From Phyllobates terribilis (taxonomy: Eukaryota): a stretch of DNA of 64,000 nt. Positions 27,501-39,500 of the stretch are shown one piece after another. The notes under the pieces were generated by a model. It was given only the letters and a program-made list of their open reading frames with translations. It searched no databases and was not told the DNA's origin. The position numbers were made by a program, and so were the translations under genes. The stretch is taken from contig NW_027362768.1 of assembly GCF_046119375.1 (NCBI RefSeq), forward strand, positions 157,976,001 to 158,040,000. The letters run 5' to 3'. Numbering within the stretch: position 1 is the stretch's first letter; each line of letters opens with the position of its first letter.

Positions 27501-30500
27501 TAACAGTAATACACAATTTCTAGACCTTTTGTTTGGCTTAAGGCTCATTCAGACTTCGGTGATTTTTCAGCAATGTTCTTGATCAGAGTGATCAGAGTTT
27601 GCTCAGTATAAATATTCACCATCAGAGTTTGCTCAGCGTTTCAGCAGTTCTTCTTGGAGGAGACTCGGATGGAGTCTCCAGCTTCTCTTACCAGACGGCC
27701 GCGGTTGACATCCAGGCGCTGTATGATTTTCTCACTGACCCATAGACTGCCATTGGTATTTTTGATCTGAGAATGGGATCAATATCGGACAAGTCTCCGC
27801 GCTCTTGTGCCGACCACTCAGTCCAAGGAAAAAATATCTAACATGTGAACGACCCCATAGACTTATCATAGGTGAGAGTGGTGTCCGCGAAAAACACAGA
27901 TGAGAAAAACTGACGTCTGAACGAGCCCTTACTTTGTGTCACATTTTCTAACATGTTGCGCCATACCCCTTTGATCTAGGACTTGCATCTTATGCTCTGA
28001 AGCACAAAAGTGTCTAAAGCACATAATGATAGGTGTAAAACATAATGACACATTAAATGATGCAAAAAATGTGCCAAAATTTGATGCCTATTTCACCGAA
28101 TTCTAGACATAAAGACATTAGTGAATCTGCCCCATATTCTTATCACATTATGCCGAGCGTGCAATGCTATTCTATAATCTAAGCCGGCAATTTACAATGC
28201 AAAGTGCTGTAGACGATGTATGGAAGTACTGCCCCCTACTGGCCAGAAGGATAATAATTCTAAAGATACTAAATAGCCTCTATTTCTCACCTTTGAGGCG
28301 GTGTTCTTGGTCACAGCAGTTTTTGCTGACAGCAGCTCGTAGTAAGCGGAGATGTCCCACAGCACAACCTTGGAGGGAAAACACAACGTCAAGATCCTTG
28401 AACATCCGATCTGCCTTTTGTTAAGCGTTATTTCACACTTTTGAGCTCCAGGGACCTTCTGCTCCAAAAACTCCTAAAAAAAAATCAGTGTGAATGTACC
28501 CTAAAGACCCCCATAGATTTTAGACTCACGGCAGCGAATCCTCCGATATCAGCAGGGTCATCCGACATTAGTCTAATTAAAGAAAAACGAGTGGCCGTCA
28601 TTACTTTAAGAAATGAAGGTCAGTCAGTTCGAAAAATTGGGCAAACTTTGAATGTGTCCCCAAGTGCAGTTGCAAAAACCATCAAGCGCTACAAAGAAAC
28701 TGGCTCACATGAGGAAAGCCCCAGGAAAGGAAGACCAAGAGTCACCTCTGCTTCTGAGGATAAGTTTATCCGAGTCACCAGCCTCAGAAATCGCAGGTTA
28801 ACAGCAGCTCAGATTAGAGACAGAAGGGTCCGACATGTCCGATTGTTGCCTCTGAGATAAGCCGCATCCTTAGGACTGACAGTGGCTCTCTCATGGAGGA
28901 GAGTTCAGATGACAGCTATCTATCGTGTACACTGGCCACATACAGAAAAAGTCAGCTGATATAGTGGAATTTAAAAGTTTGGCCGATCAATTATAAACAA
29001 ACGATTATTCACGGTTGTCGACAGGTAACTTCCATTTGCCAAAAGTGTGATCTGTCAGTTTGGGTGCTTTTTAGGCCGTTGTTGGTGACATTAATGATGT
29101 GTATTATGGCACGAGCGTTAATAATTTTTATTTATATAGTGCCAACATATTCCGCAGCACTTTACAATTAAATTAGAACGTTGATCATTTGCTGCTATGA
29201 TACAAGTGATCAGTTTGTTTCGCCTCATGTACAGCAGACCCTTCCCTTTAATAATCCACCTTCTGTAATGTTCCCAGTACCTGACCGTTCATACATCCTC
29301 CAGCGATGATATTGGGGTCACTTGGGCAGAACTGGAAGCAATAAATGTCATCTGGGCATTCGAGCATCAGCTGGAGAGAATAAGAGAAAAAGTCACCATG
29401 AGACGGGATCGCAGCAGAATTCAGGATCCCCAGAAATGAAGTCGGACCTGCGGATGGATGGGGTCATTCAGGCTCCAAATGAGAATCAGCGATGGCGTCA
29501 AGATGAGTTTAGAAGAAGCGTTGACTCGATCCTCCAGCGACAGCCGTTCTGTGAGCGAGACTGCGACCAAACCTGGTGAAGGAATAAGTAGTACAGAACA
29601 TATAATGTATAGTGGATTGCAAAGTGGGCAGACATGTCAGGAGCTGAGCTGCTCCATAGCCAGGCGGTGCCGGCTGTGTAATACGACCGGCACCTGCTGC
29701 TATGGGCGCAGTCACATAAGTCGGACCAAGATCGGAACACAATGCTCGGACTGGCCGGCGGCTCTCCCGGCCCGAATGTGACAGCAGCATAGATATACGG
29801 TGTATGAAGCAGTCACGCTCGGGTCGGGAGAGCCGCCGGCCATTATGTTCCAATCTTGGTCCGATTTATATGGCCATCTGACTGCGCCCCAATAGTAATG
29901 ATGGTAACTTACTGGCGCTGGTTGCGACCATCGCTCACCCATTACCTCCTACCCTGTGTGATAAGGAAATCATTAAATGTGATGTCGCAATGTAACACTG
30001 TTTACTGCCATAACATTACAGTCGTGTACAAATATTATTATTACATTTATTATAATAATCTTTATTCACCTGATGCATCTAAAATGAAAAATAGGAACAT
30101 TTGCAAATAGTCCTATTGTTTTGTGGATACAGCCCCTAAACAAACTTATGTGTCTCTATGGTTACAGACTACAATATAATCCCTGTGTGTAGTCTGATCC
30201 TCTTCCTCTTTTGCTGTCTTCAGCCAAAAAAAGAAAACTGGGGAGAGACGTGATGGAAAAATCATGATTTATTAGTACGCTGCAACCATGGAGACACATA
30301 GATCTGCAGAGAACCTGTAAGCGCAGAACGGTAGGAGATTTAAATCTAATATAACATTAAAGGGTTTTCGCCCCAATGTTAACTTAGATAGAATAGGGGA
30401 TCATTTACTGATCTATGGGGTCTTAACCAATGGGACCCCCAGCCACACCTTAGTATGAACGTGTTCTTCTCCACTCCATATAGGAACTTAAAAACTTGGT

Positions 30501-33500
30501 ACGATCCCTTTAAGTTACTGGAAGTCATGAGAAATCATGGGAGAAAACAATATCAGGAAAGACAGAGGGTCCGGCATTTACCCTGCAGTGTCGGGTGCCA
30601 GCTGATGCAGCTGATGGTTTTTTCTTTGCCTGACTGGTGTTCTGTAAAAGACTGATATTCCTTAAGGTGGGAGTCAGATTTGCCCCCGAAAGTGCTCTCC
30701 TGCTCGCACAATGCTCGCCAGTCGTCCACAAAGGCGTTCACTATCTCATTTTGCTGTAAAGCCAATTCCAGTCTGTGGCAAAGAAACAGAAGGATGCGGA
30801 TGAGGAATAACAAATGAGTACACTGCTACTGTGTATGTGGGCTCTACAGTGGAGGTCTGCAACCTGACAGCTGAATAATGGGAGTTGTAGTTTCACAACA
30901 GATAGAGCGCCGTAGATAGCAGACATCTGACAGGGGTCTGACTACTGGCAACCCTGCGCATCAGCTGATCGGAGGGGCACCAGAATGTTTAGTGACTGTG
31001 CCGGGTATTACAGACTCCTACATATACGGGCTGCAAGACCGGGCACTGCCACTACTAAAGAGATATAGAGGACAGGCGGACCGCCGGAGTGTGATTGGCC
31101 AGATACCGGACCCCCACCAACCTAGTATTCATATCCTAGCCATTGGGTAGGTCATTCATTTTACAAACCCCATGTGACCCCTTTAATCTTGCAGTTTTAC
31201 CTTAATGACACGGAGTTGACGAATTCCTTCAGACTCTTAGATGAGAGATATTCCCACTTCTGCTCTTCGGTGAACTCTCTCGGTGTGTACTGGGTACAGG
31301 CATTTCGAGGGTAAGTCCTAAATCAAATAAATACAGAATTAGGGGATGGGATACGGCCATGGCTGATGGCGCTGAGTTGGTGTGGGTTCTCGCCATGCCC
31401 TCTTGATGGGTATATGTGGTGAGTGCTAGCGTTAAATTACAGCCTAAAACAACCACTCTCAATATTGTCAGTGGAGCGAAGAAGTAGTCTGAGGGTCCCT
31501 GTGACATCCATCGTCCACTGTATAGACATAAAGAGTTAGTCTCATCTCAGTAAGTGATGGCATATCGTTAAGTTACAACCTCTGGGACCCCCATCAATTC
31601 TGTGCATTAAGTGTGTGTCCCTGGCACAACCTAATCTCTACAAACAGAAGTGACTGATGTCTTACCACTTGGTCTGGGTGCTCCGCTCCTGTAGTGACGG
31701 CACCGCTTGTACGCCGGTGTCTCGCTCTTTGGGTTTAACGCTGAACCGTTTGTCCTGGTAAGAGGCGCACTCCATGTACCCGTCCTTTACATCGGACGCA
31801 TTGCAATCGCCGAAAGTGACCCGTGAGCCAAACTCTCTGTGCAGCCGCGAAATCATGAATTTGATCTGTGAAACAAATGGGACGGCTGAATCTTACTAGA
31901 TAGTGGATGCCGTCCTTGTGCCCCAGGCTGGATTCACCGTGGCACTGTCTCGGTGTCAGATGCTTGTACGTTTTTCTTTTTTTTTCTATTGTATATTTTG
32001 TTTTCTCTTAGAAGGGTGTTCCTATCAAAAGAACACATTGTAGTGTGCGAGCTCCACAAAAACTGAGCATGGAGGTCCAACAGCCAGACCCCCAAGGCCA
32101 AGGATGCCCTTTGCTGGGGGGAGAAAAAAGCTGATATTTGGTGCTCCAGCTTTCTTAATATCTCGTGAAGGAGGGGAAGAAGACTTGGCAACTTTTAAAA
32201 ATGACTGAGAATATTGCCTTTTTATGCAGCATTAAAAATGTTTTGCAAATCCATGTGATAGGGAATAATTTCGAGTTCTTCTGAAGAGACCACAGCGATC
32301 CAGAGAACGTTGGTTTAGTATCTCTGTAGCCCCTTCCTGAGGTGCACGTACTCGGTCTCCGCTCCATTTATTATCTATGGGACCAACGGACATAGCCAGC
32401 AGTCCCACAGACAATGAATGGAGCGCAGGCCAAGCATGTGCGCCTCCGCACCCCTCGGGAACGGGTTGCAGAGCGTCATTCTCAGACTTCCAGGATCGCT
32501 GGAAACCCAGTATTCAGAGCCACAGCGATCGGGGATATCTTGATTTTTTGGAGAATAACCTTTTAACTCCAAATATAAATTATTGGTTACTTGTCTAGAA
32601 AAAAAAAAACTTTTTCGTCGTACTTGAGAATATCGGACGTCAGGATGAGCCCTTACTGGAAGCATTTGAGGGATTCGATTTTCCTGTGCAAAGTCGTCCA
32701 CTTTGGCTCAATAATAAATGAGATTCCTGATCTAACTACTTTTATATGAAGTGACATCTTATACCATATATCATCCCATGTAAATCATCTGACCTTGGTC
32801 TGAGATTCCTTCACCATTTCTTCCTCGACCTCCAGCTCGCTGCCTAAAGAGATCCAAGGTCTGGGTACTGGAGAGCTGTACGTGAACTCTTCAGAGTCAT
32901 CGTCTTTCTCTTCTTCATCAGTTACAGCTTCTGGTGGCTACAAATCAATGACAAATAACCTCAGTAATACATGGCTTCTAAGCACCTTATCTCTATTCAG
33001 TGTCCACATCACTGGCGGCTCCTCGGTCATACAGAAGGATGTGGTATCCTCTGCGACACTGGACAGGCCAGGACTGTGCACATTAAACTCGTCCGAATCT
33101 GCTGATCTGGTGGGACCGGACGGCCATCTTATGTGAATGGAGGCCATAGAAAAATGTAATATGCCGGATCCTTTTCTTTCCAAAGTAGATAAGCAGCTGC
33201 CACTAATGTCTGGCAGTGGCTTACTCTGCTCTCCTCACTGAAATGACATGCATGCTCAGCCTAGAAGAGTGTGCATGTGTATGACACAAAGATGGGGGTT
33301 GCAAGAATGAAGCAGCAGCGGGGCTAGGAAAGCGTTCATCCAATTCATCGTTTGTCCGCTCTGTTCAGCTTTATCTAGAAGTGATGAAGTTGGGTATTAA
33401 GTCTAATGGGCCGACTATGTGTCCTCCAGAATAAAGCCAAAGTGGAGTCGACAGGAGATGAGATGGCCGCTTCTGTGGCGCTGCCATTGGCAGACGTACC

Positions 33501-36500
33501 GGGACCACCACCGCCTAGCGGACATATCTGACATATCTGAACCCCGGCTTCTTACCTTCAGGGCTGACTCTTTGGCTTCCTCAGTTACAATGAGATAAAA
33601 GTTCTGACCGTAGGTGAAATCTCTATCGAACACCAGCAGCAGCTCTTCTCCGGGGTACTCCTTTATATTCAGAGAGAAAAAGGTAAATGATTACAAGGCA
33701 GAACATTCACCAGGAGGCTGTAAGAAGACCACGGCCATCGACTGTACCGTAATTATAGACTTAAAGGGGCTGAAGTCAGAAACCGCCGCTCTGCTCTTCA
33801 GATCGCTGAGAATCTCATCTTTCTTTAATAGTCTGAATGGGTTTTCTTGGGTGACGTCCTCATCGATTCGACAGCTGAAGATCTCCTGAGTCTTGGAGGT
33901 TAGAACCAGAGGAACGATATATTCGGGGTGACCTGTGCAGACAGAAAGTTACCCCAATAGGTGCCATCTTGTTCACTTGATCAAATTACCCCCATTCTGA
34001 AACGGGGGTCTTTCTGCTCCCCATCCTTCTTAAAGGATAGATAACAAGTGTCTGATTGCTGGGGGTCCGGCCACTGGAATTCCAACTGATCAAAAGTCTG
34101 GGGGTCCCTATGTCCCCTGTGTAAATAGAGCAGTAGTGAGACCACCGCTATTCTGCACTGCAGCCCCGTCTCCATGGACCTAATGACGGCAGCATCCATT
34201 GAAGTAGCTCCTTAACATCTGAAGACTTATTGTAAAATATCTCTAGGATTTTTTTATTCTCCTATACCAAGGACCCTATTAATAAAAGTGATGGAAAATA
34301 CAAACATCAGGTCCTCTCTTTACAAATCAGGAGGGTTAAATTACATGAGACAACGTGAAAAGGAAGTTTTGAGACGGCTGCAATTAGACATGGCGGTCAC
34401 CAAAATATCAGCCGTATCCTTGTGTCTGTGATTACAGCCGGGATGTTGGTGACTCCCAGCACCGCAGCACTGACGTCACTGGTGAATATAGGACAAAGGG
34501 ACATGGAGAAGGGCACAGCGACACCTGCTGGGGGAATTGTGTACAGCAAAAGGGTAAATATGGCATTGTCACAGGTTAAAGGGGGCACTCATGGGACCTT
34601 ATTACTTTTTAGGGGGTATTCAGGGGTCATTATTACTTTTTAGGGGTGTACTCCGGGGACATTATTACTTTTTAGGGGGTACTCAGAGGACAATATTACT
34701 TTTTAGGGGTGTACTCAGGGGACAATATTACTTTTTAGGGGGGTACTCATTATTATTATAGCGCCATTTATTCCATGGCGCTTTACATGTGAAGAGGGGT
34801 ATACATAATAAAAACAAGTACAATAACCTTGTACAATACAAGTGGGCGACTGGTTCAGGAGGAGCGAGGACTCACAATCTACAAGGGATGGGTGAGGATA
34901 CAGTAGGTGAGGGGAGAGCTGGTCGTGCAGCGGTGGTTACTGCAGGTTGTAGGCTTGTTGGAAGAGGTGGGTCTTCAGGTTCCTTTTGAAGGTTTCCACG
35001 GTAGGCGAGAGTCTGATACGTTGGGGTAGAGAGTTCCAGAGTAGGGGGGATGCACGGGAGAAATCTTGTATACGATTGTGGGAGGAGGAGATAAGAGGGG
35101 AGTAGAGAAGGAGATCTTGTGAGGATCGGAGGCTGCGTGCAGGTATGTAACGGGAGACTAGGTCACAGATATAAGGAGGAGACAGGTTGTGGATGGCTTT
35201 GTATGTCATGGTTAGGGTCTTGAACTGGAGTCTCTGAGCAATGGGGAGCCAGTGAAGGGACTGACAGAGGGGAGAAGCCGGGGAATAGCAGGGGACAGGT
35301 GGATTAGTCGGGCAGCAGAGTTTAGGATAGATTGGAGGGGCAAAAGAGTGTTGGAACGGAGGTCACAGAGCAGGAGGTTGCAGTAGTCGAGGCGGGAGAT
35401 GATGAGGGCGTGCACTAGTGTTTTTGCAGATTCGTGGTTGAGGAATGAGTGGATTCGGGAGATATTTTTGAGTTGGAGTCGGCAGGAGGTGGAAAGGGCT
35501 TGGATATGTGGCTTGAAGGAGAGATCAGAGTCCAGGGTTACCCCGAGGCAGCGAGCTTGCGGGACTGGGGAGAGTGAAGAGCCATTGACTTTGATGGATA
35601 GGTCAGATGAGGGGCTGAGTGAGATGGTGGAAAGATGATGAATTCTGTTTTATCCATATTAAGTTTTAGAAATCTGTCAGAGAAGAAGGATGAGATGGTG
35701 GACAGGCAGTGTGGGATTCTGGTTAGTAGGGAGGAGATATCGGGTCCAGAGAGGTAGATCTGTGTGCCATCAGCATAGAGGTGATACTGAAAGCCATGGG
35801 ACTCTATGAGCTGACCGAGGCCGAAGGTGTAGATGGAAAAGAGCAGAGGTCCTAGAACTGAACCATAGGGGACACCGACAGATAGGGGGCGAGATGAGGA
35901 GGTGGTGTGTGAGTGGCAGACACTGAATGTCCGGTCAGTTAGGTATGAAGAGATCCAAGATAGCGCCAAATCTGTGATGCCGAGAGATGAGAGAGTCTGC
36001 AGTAAGAGGGAATGGTTCACTGTGTCAAAGGCAGATGACAGGTCCAGGGGGAGGAGGATGGAGTAGTGTCGCTTGGATTTGGCGGTCAGTAGGTCGTTGG
36101 TGACTTTAGTCAGGGCAGTTTCAGTGGAGTGGTGCAGTCGGAAGCCAGATTGGAGGCGGTCAAAGAGGGAGCAAGAGGAGAGGTGGGAGGACTGCTCAAG
36201 ATGGATGTGTTGTTCCAGTAGTTTTGAGGCGTAAGGGAGAAGTGATATGGGGCGATAGCTAGCCAGAGAGGATGGGTCAAGGGAAGGCTTTTTGAGGATG
36301 GGAGTGATTGAGGCATGTTTGAAGCATGAGGGGAAGACACCAGTTGTTAGTGAAAGGTTAAAGAGATGGGCTATGGTTAGGGTAAAGACTGTGGTGATGT
36401 TTGGGTTGAGGTGAGACAGGATCATGGGGCATTATTTATTTTTTTTAAGGGGATACTGGGGGTTGCATTAAGACTTTCAGAAAGGCACTTAGGGGGCATT

Positions 36501-39500
36501 ATAACTTACATAAAGGGGCATTAGCACAGTCTAGAGGGTCCTCAGAGGGCATTATTGCCTTAGCACAGTCTAGAGGGTCCTCAGAGGGCATTATTGCCTT
36601 AGCACAGTCTAGAGGGTCCTCAGAGGGCATTAATGCCTTAGCACAGTCTAGAGGGTCCTCAGAGGGCATTATTGCCTTAGCACAGTCTAGAGGGTCCTCA
36701 GGGGGCATTATTGCCTTAGCACAGTCTAGAGGGTCCTCAGGGGGCATTATTGCCTTAGCACAGTCTAGAGGGTCCTCAGAGGGCATTATTGCCTTAGCAC
36801 AGTCTAGAGGGTCCTCAGGGGGCATTATTGCCTTAGCACAGTCTAGAGGGTCCTCAGAGGGCATTATTGCCTTAGCACAGTCTAGAGGGTCCTCAGGGGG
36901 CATTATTGCCTTAGCACAGTCTAGAGGGTCCTCAGAGGGCATTATTGCCTTAGCACAGTCTAGAGGGTCCTCAGGGGGCATTATTGCCTTAGCACAGTCT
37001 AGAGGGTCCTCAGAGGGCATTATTGCCTGCTAACTTGCACACAGGGGACATTATTATTGACTAAGTTGCTCTAATGAGGTATCAATACATTGCAGGTAAA
37101 AATATTACAATTTAAGTGGGCACATAGGGGGCTTTATAACATGCAAAGAGGCACACAGGGGGCACCAGTGCTGTCAAGGAAGCACTCAGGGGCAATATTA
37201 TTTTTTAAAGGGACACTAAATGGACATTATCACTTTTGGAGGGGTCATTTAGGCATTATTATTTCTAGGTCCCTCGTCCTCCGTGCACCCTGGTATCTGT
37301 ATACAGAGAGCGGCAAACGGCTCATCTGCAATGTGTTGGCGGTCGGTGTGGGGTCATGGATGAATGAAGTCATTTTTGCAGACCCCTCTGGTCCCCCCCG
37401 CACATGATATGTGTGATACGATGTTACATTGCTTTCTCGTTTGATCCCGCCGGCTCGGGGCAATGTGGAACAATGAGAAGGTTCATCTCGCTGCCGGCGT
37501 CTGTGCGCCGCACAAAAATCCCTATTTTTTTCTAGATGGGAATTCTGTCTGATGTGGGGTTTTAACCTGAGAATGACTTCTAAGAAATAAGATCTGAATG
37601 CACACGCCGCCACGTCGGACAATCCTTTGAGATTGGGGACTACAAAGACATGTCTCCCTTAGGGTTTGTTCACACCTACCGTTTTTTTTTGTCAATTAAT
37701 TATTTTGTGAGGACCAAATGCAACATTGTAGAGTAACAGCAAAATGAGTGACATTTCAAGAATCTAATTCACACGGTGCATTTTTTTCCTTCCGTTTTTT
37801 GCACCTGCGGTGCTCTTTTTTTCTTTTTTTTTAATGCAGGATGTCAATTTTTCAGCCTTTTTAATGCAGTTTTTTTTTGTGTGTGTTTTATTCCCCTTGA
37901 GATCAAAATGGCTTGGCACCAAAAAAATGCACCAAAAACTTGCGTAATCTCTGCTGTGGTTTTCTGCCCATCGGCTGCCTTTTTCATACAGAAAAAAAAT
38001 GTTGTTTTTTTTTCAGGTACCACATAAAAACCTATAGGAAAAAAAAACGCACCAAAAGCAGTGTTTACGCTAGGTGTGAACACAGCCTTATAGCGACACA
38101 CTCAATTCTTCTTAAAGGATACATTGGAAAATCCTCCAGGTCTATGTCTCCGATACAGCGTGACGTGACCCTTGCACAGCTGTGCTGTGAACCCTGTTCT
38201 TTTACAGTAAGCACACCAGCCTCACCAGGTCTACAAGATGTATTTATTAGTGTGTACGGTTTGTATTGTGATAGATCTACTTCAATTATCACCATGTAAG
38301 CCAGGAAGGATATGGATATTGTTTTTTGGGGGTCAAAGGAGATCTCCGTAACAATATGAACCTGACCAAAATGATAGGGAGGCACAATGTCTTCAGCCTC
38401 AGGCTTTGAGGTTGTAGTTTCAGCACAGGAGACAGATAGTTTTCACAATTTTACTGCCCATTAAAGGGCTTTTTTCATGTCTCATTTAAAGTAAGGTTGT
38501 AAAAGATTAGAAAAACGAGGCCTCTTTCTTTACAAAACAGCGCCACTCATGTCCATAGGTTGTGTATGGTATTGCTGATCTGCCTCCTTCACTCCACTTG
38601 AGCTGCTATACCAGTCACAACCTATAAACAGGTGTGGCGCTGTTCCTGGAAGAAAGCATTTTTATAATTCTGCACAAGTTTTTTTTATTTATGGGGAATG
38701 CATTTAGTTACTAAAACACATATTAGGAAAGCAGACAGGCCCTCTTTGGCTTTGGTCAATGACTTCAGTAGGTGACCAATACACTGGGCTATCCCTCTCC
38801 TAATGTCCCAGCCATTTCTCAGAGGTGACTTACCTGACCGGGTGGAAGCCTCCGAGTCCTCGCGCTTTTTAGCTAAAGGTAATAATGAAAATAACCAATC
38901 AGATGATCCGAAAAATGATACTGAGACCTGAGGGAGTCAAATGGTTAATGATCATACCAGTACATGATGGGAGTAGTAGTCCCCAATCATGCAACAAACA
39001 TGCAGCCGTACAAGCAGGTATAACACCAAATATTAAGAATCTATGGTATGACTTAGAATATGTAACTTGTGCCCATAGCTCTGCAATTACTCCTCATCCT
39101 CTCCCCTATATGCAGTGCAGGCTCACGTTATGTGGCTAGTCATCGCCACCATGTGGTCAGACAATGTGCAGCATGGAATCACTCCTGTTAGGACTCATTC
39201 ACACAGTACTAGTCCTATCTCTGTTTTTTTCCTCGAATCGATCTCATTGTTGACATGTCCATGTATTTTTGCGGATTGATTGGTCGGCATCAAAAACATG
39301 GAGAACTGTCCGATTTTGATCAAACTCGTCTATGGCCCCGATTCATCACGCCCGGTCTTGATGAGGGAACATGTTGGGGTCAGACGCTCCTGATTTATTA
39401 AGTGGCGCGAGCTTCTTAATGGATCAGGAGCGTCTTTAAAAGTAGTGTGCACCTATGTGTGCTGCCCACCACAGATCTTACTCCAGTCCAGTGACTGGAG

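Noticed and set aside
36499-37020. 173-aa ORF (MPSEDPLDCAKAI)n
   Set aside because: It is the translation of the 39-bp tandem repeat.
38065-38385. 106-aa minus-strand ORF in DNAI3 intron 2
   Set aside because: It has no recognisable homology, is not needed for the exon phase chain, and runs into a MITE.
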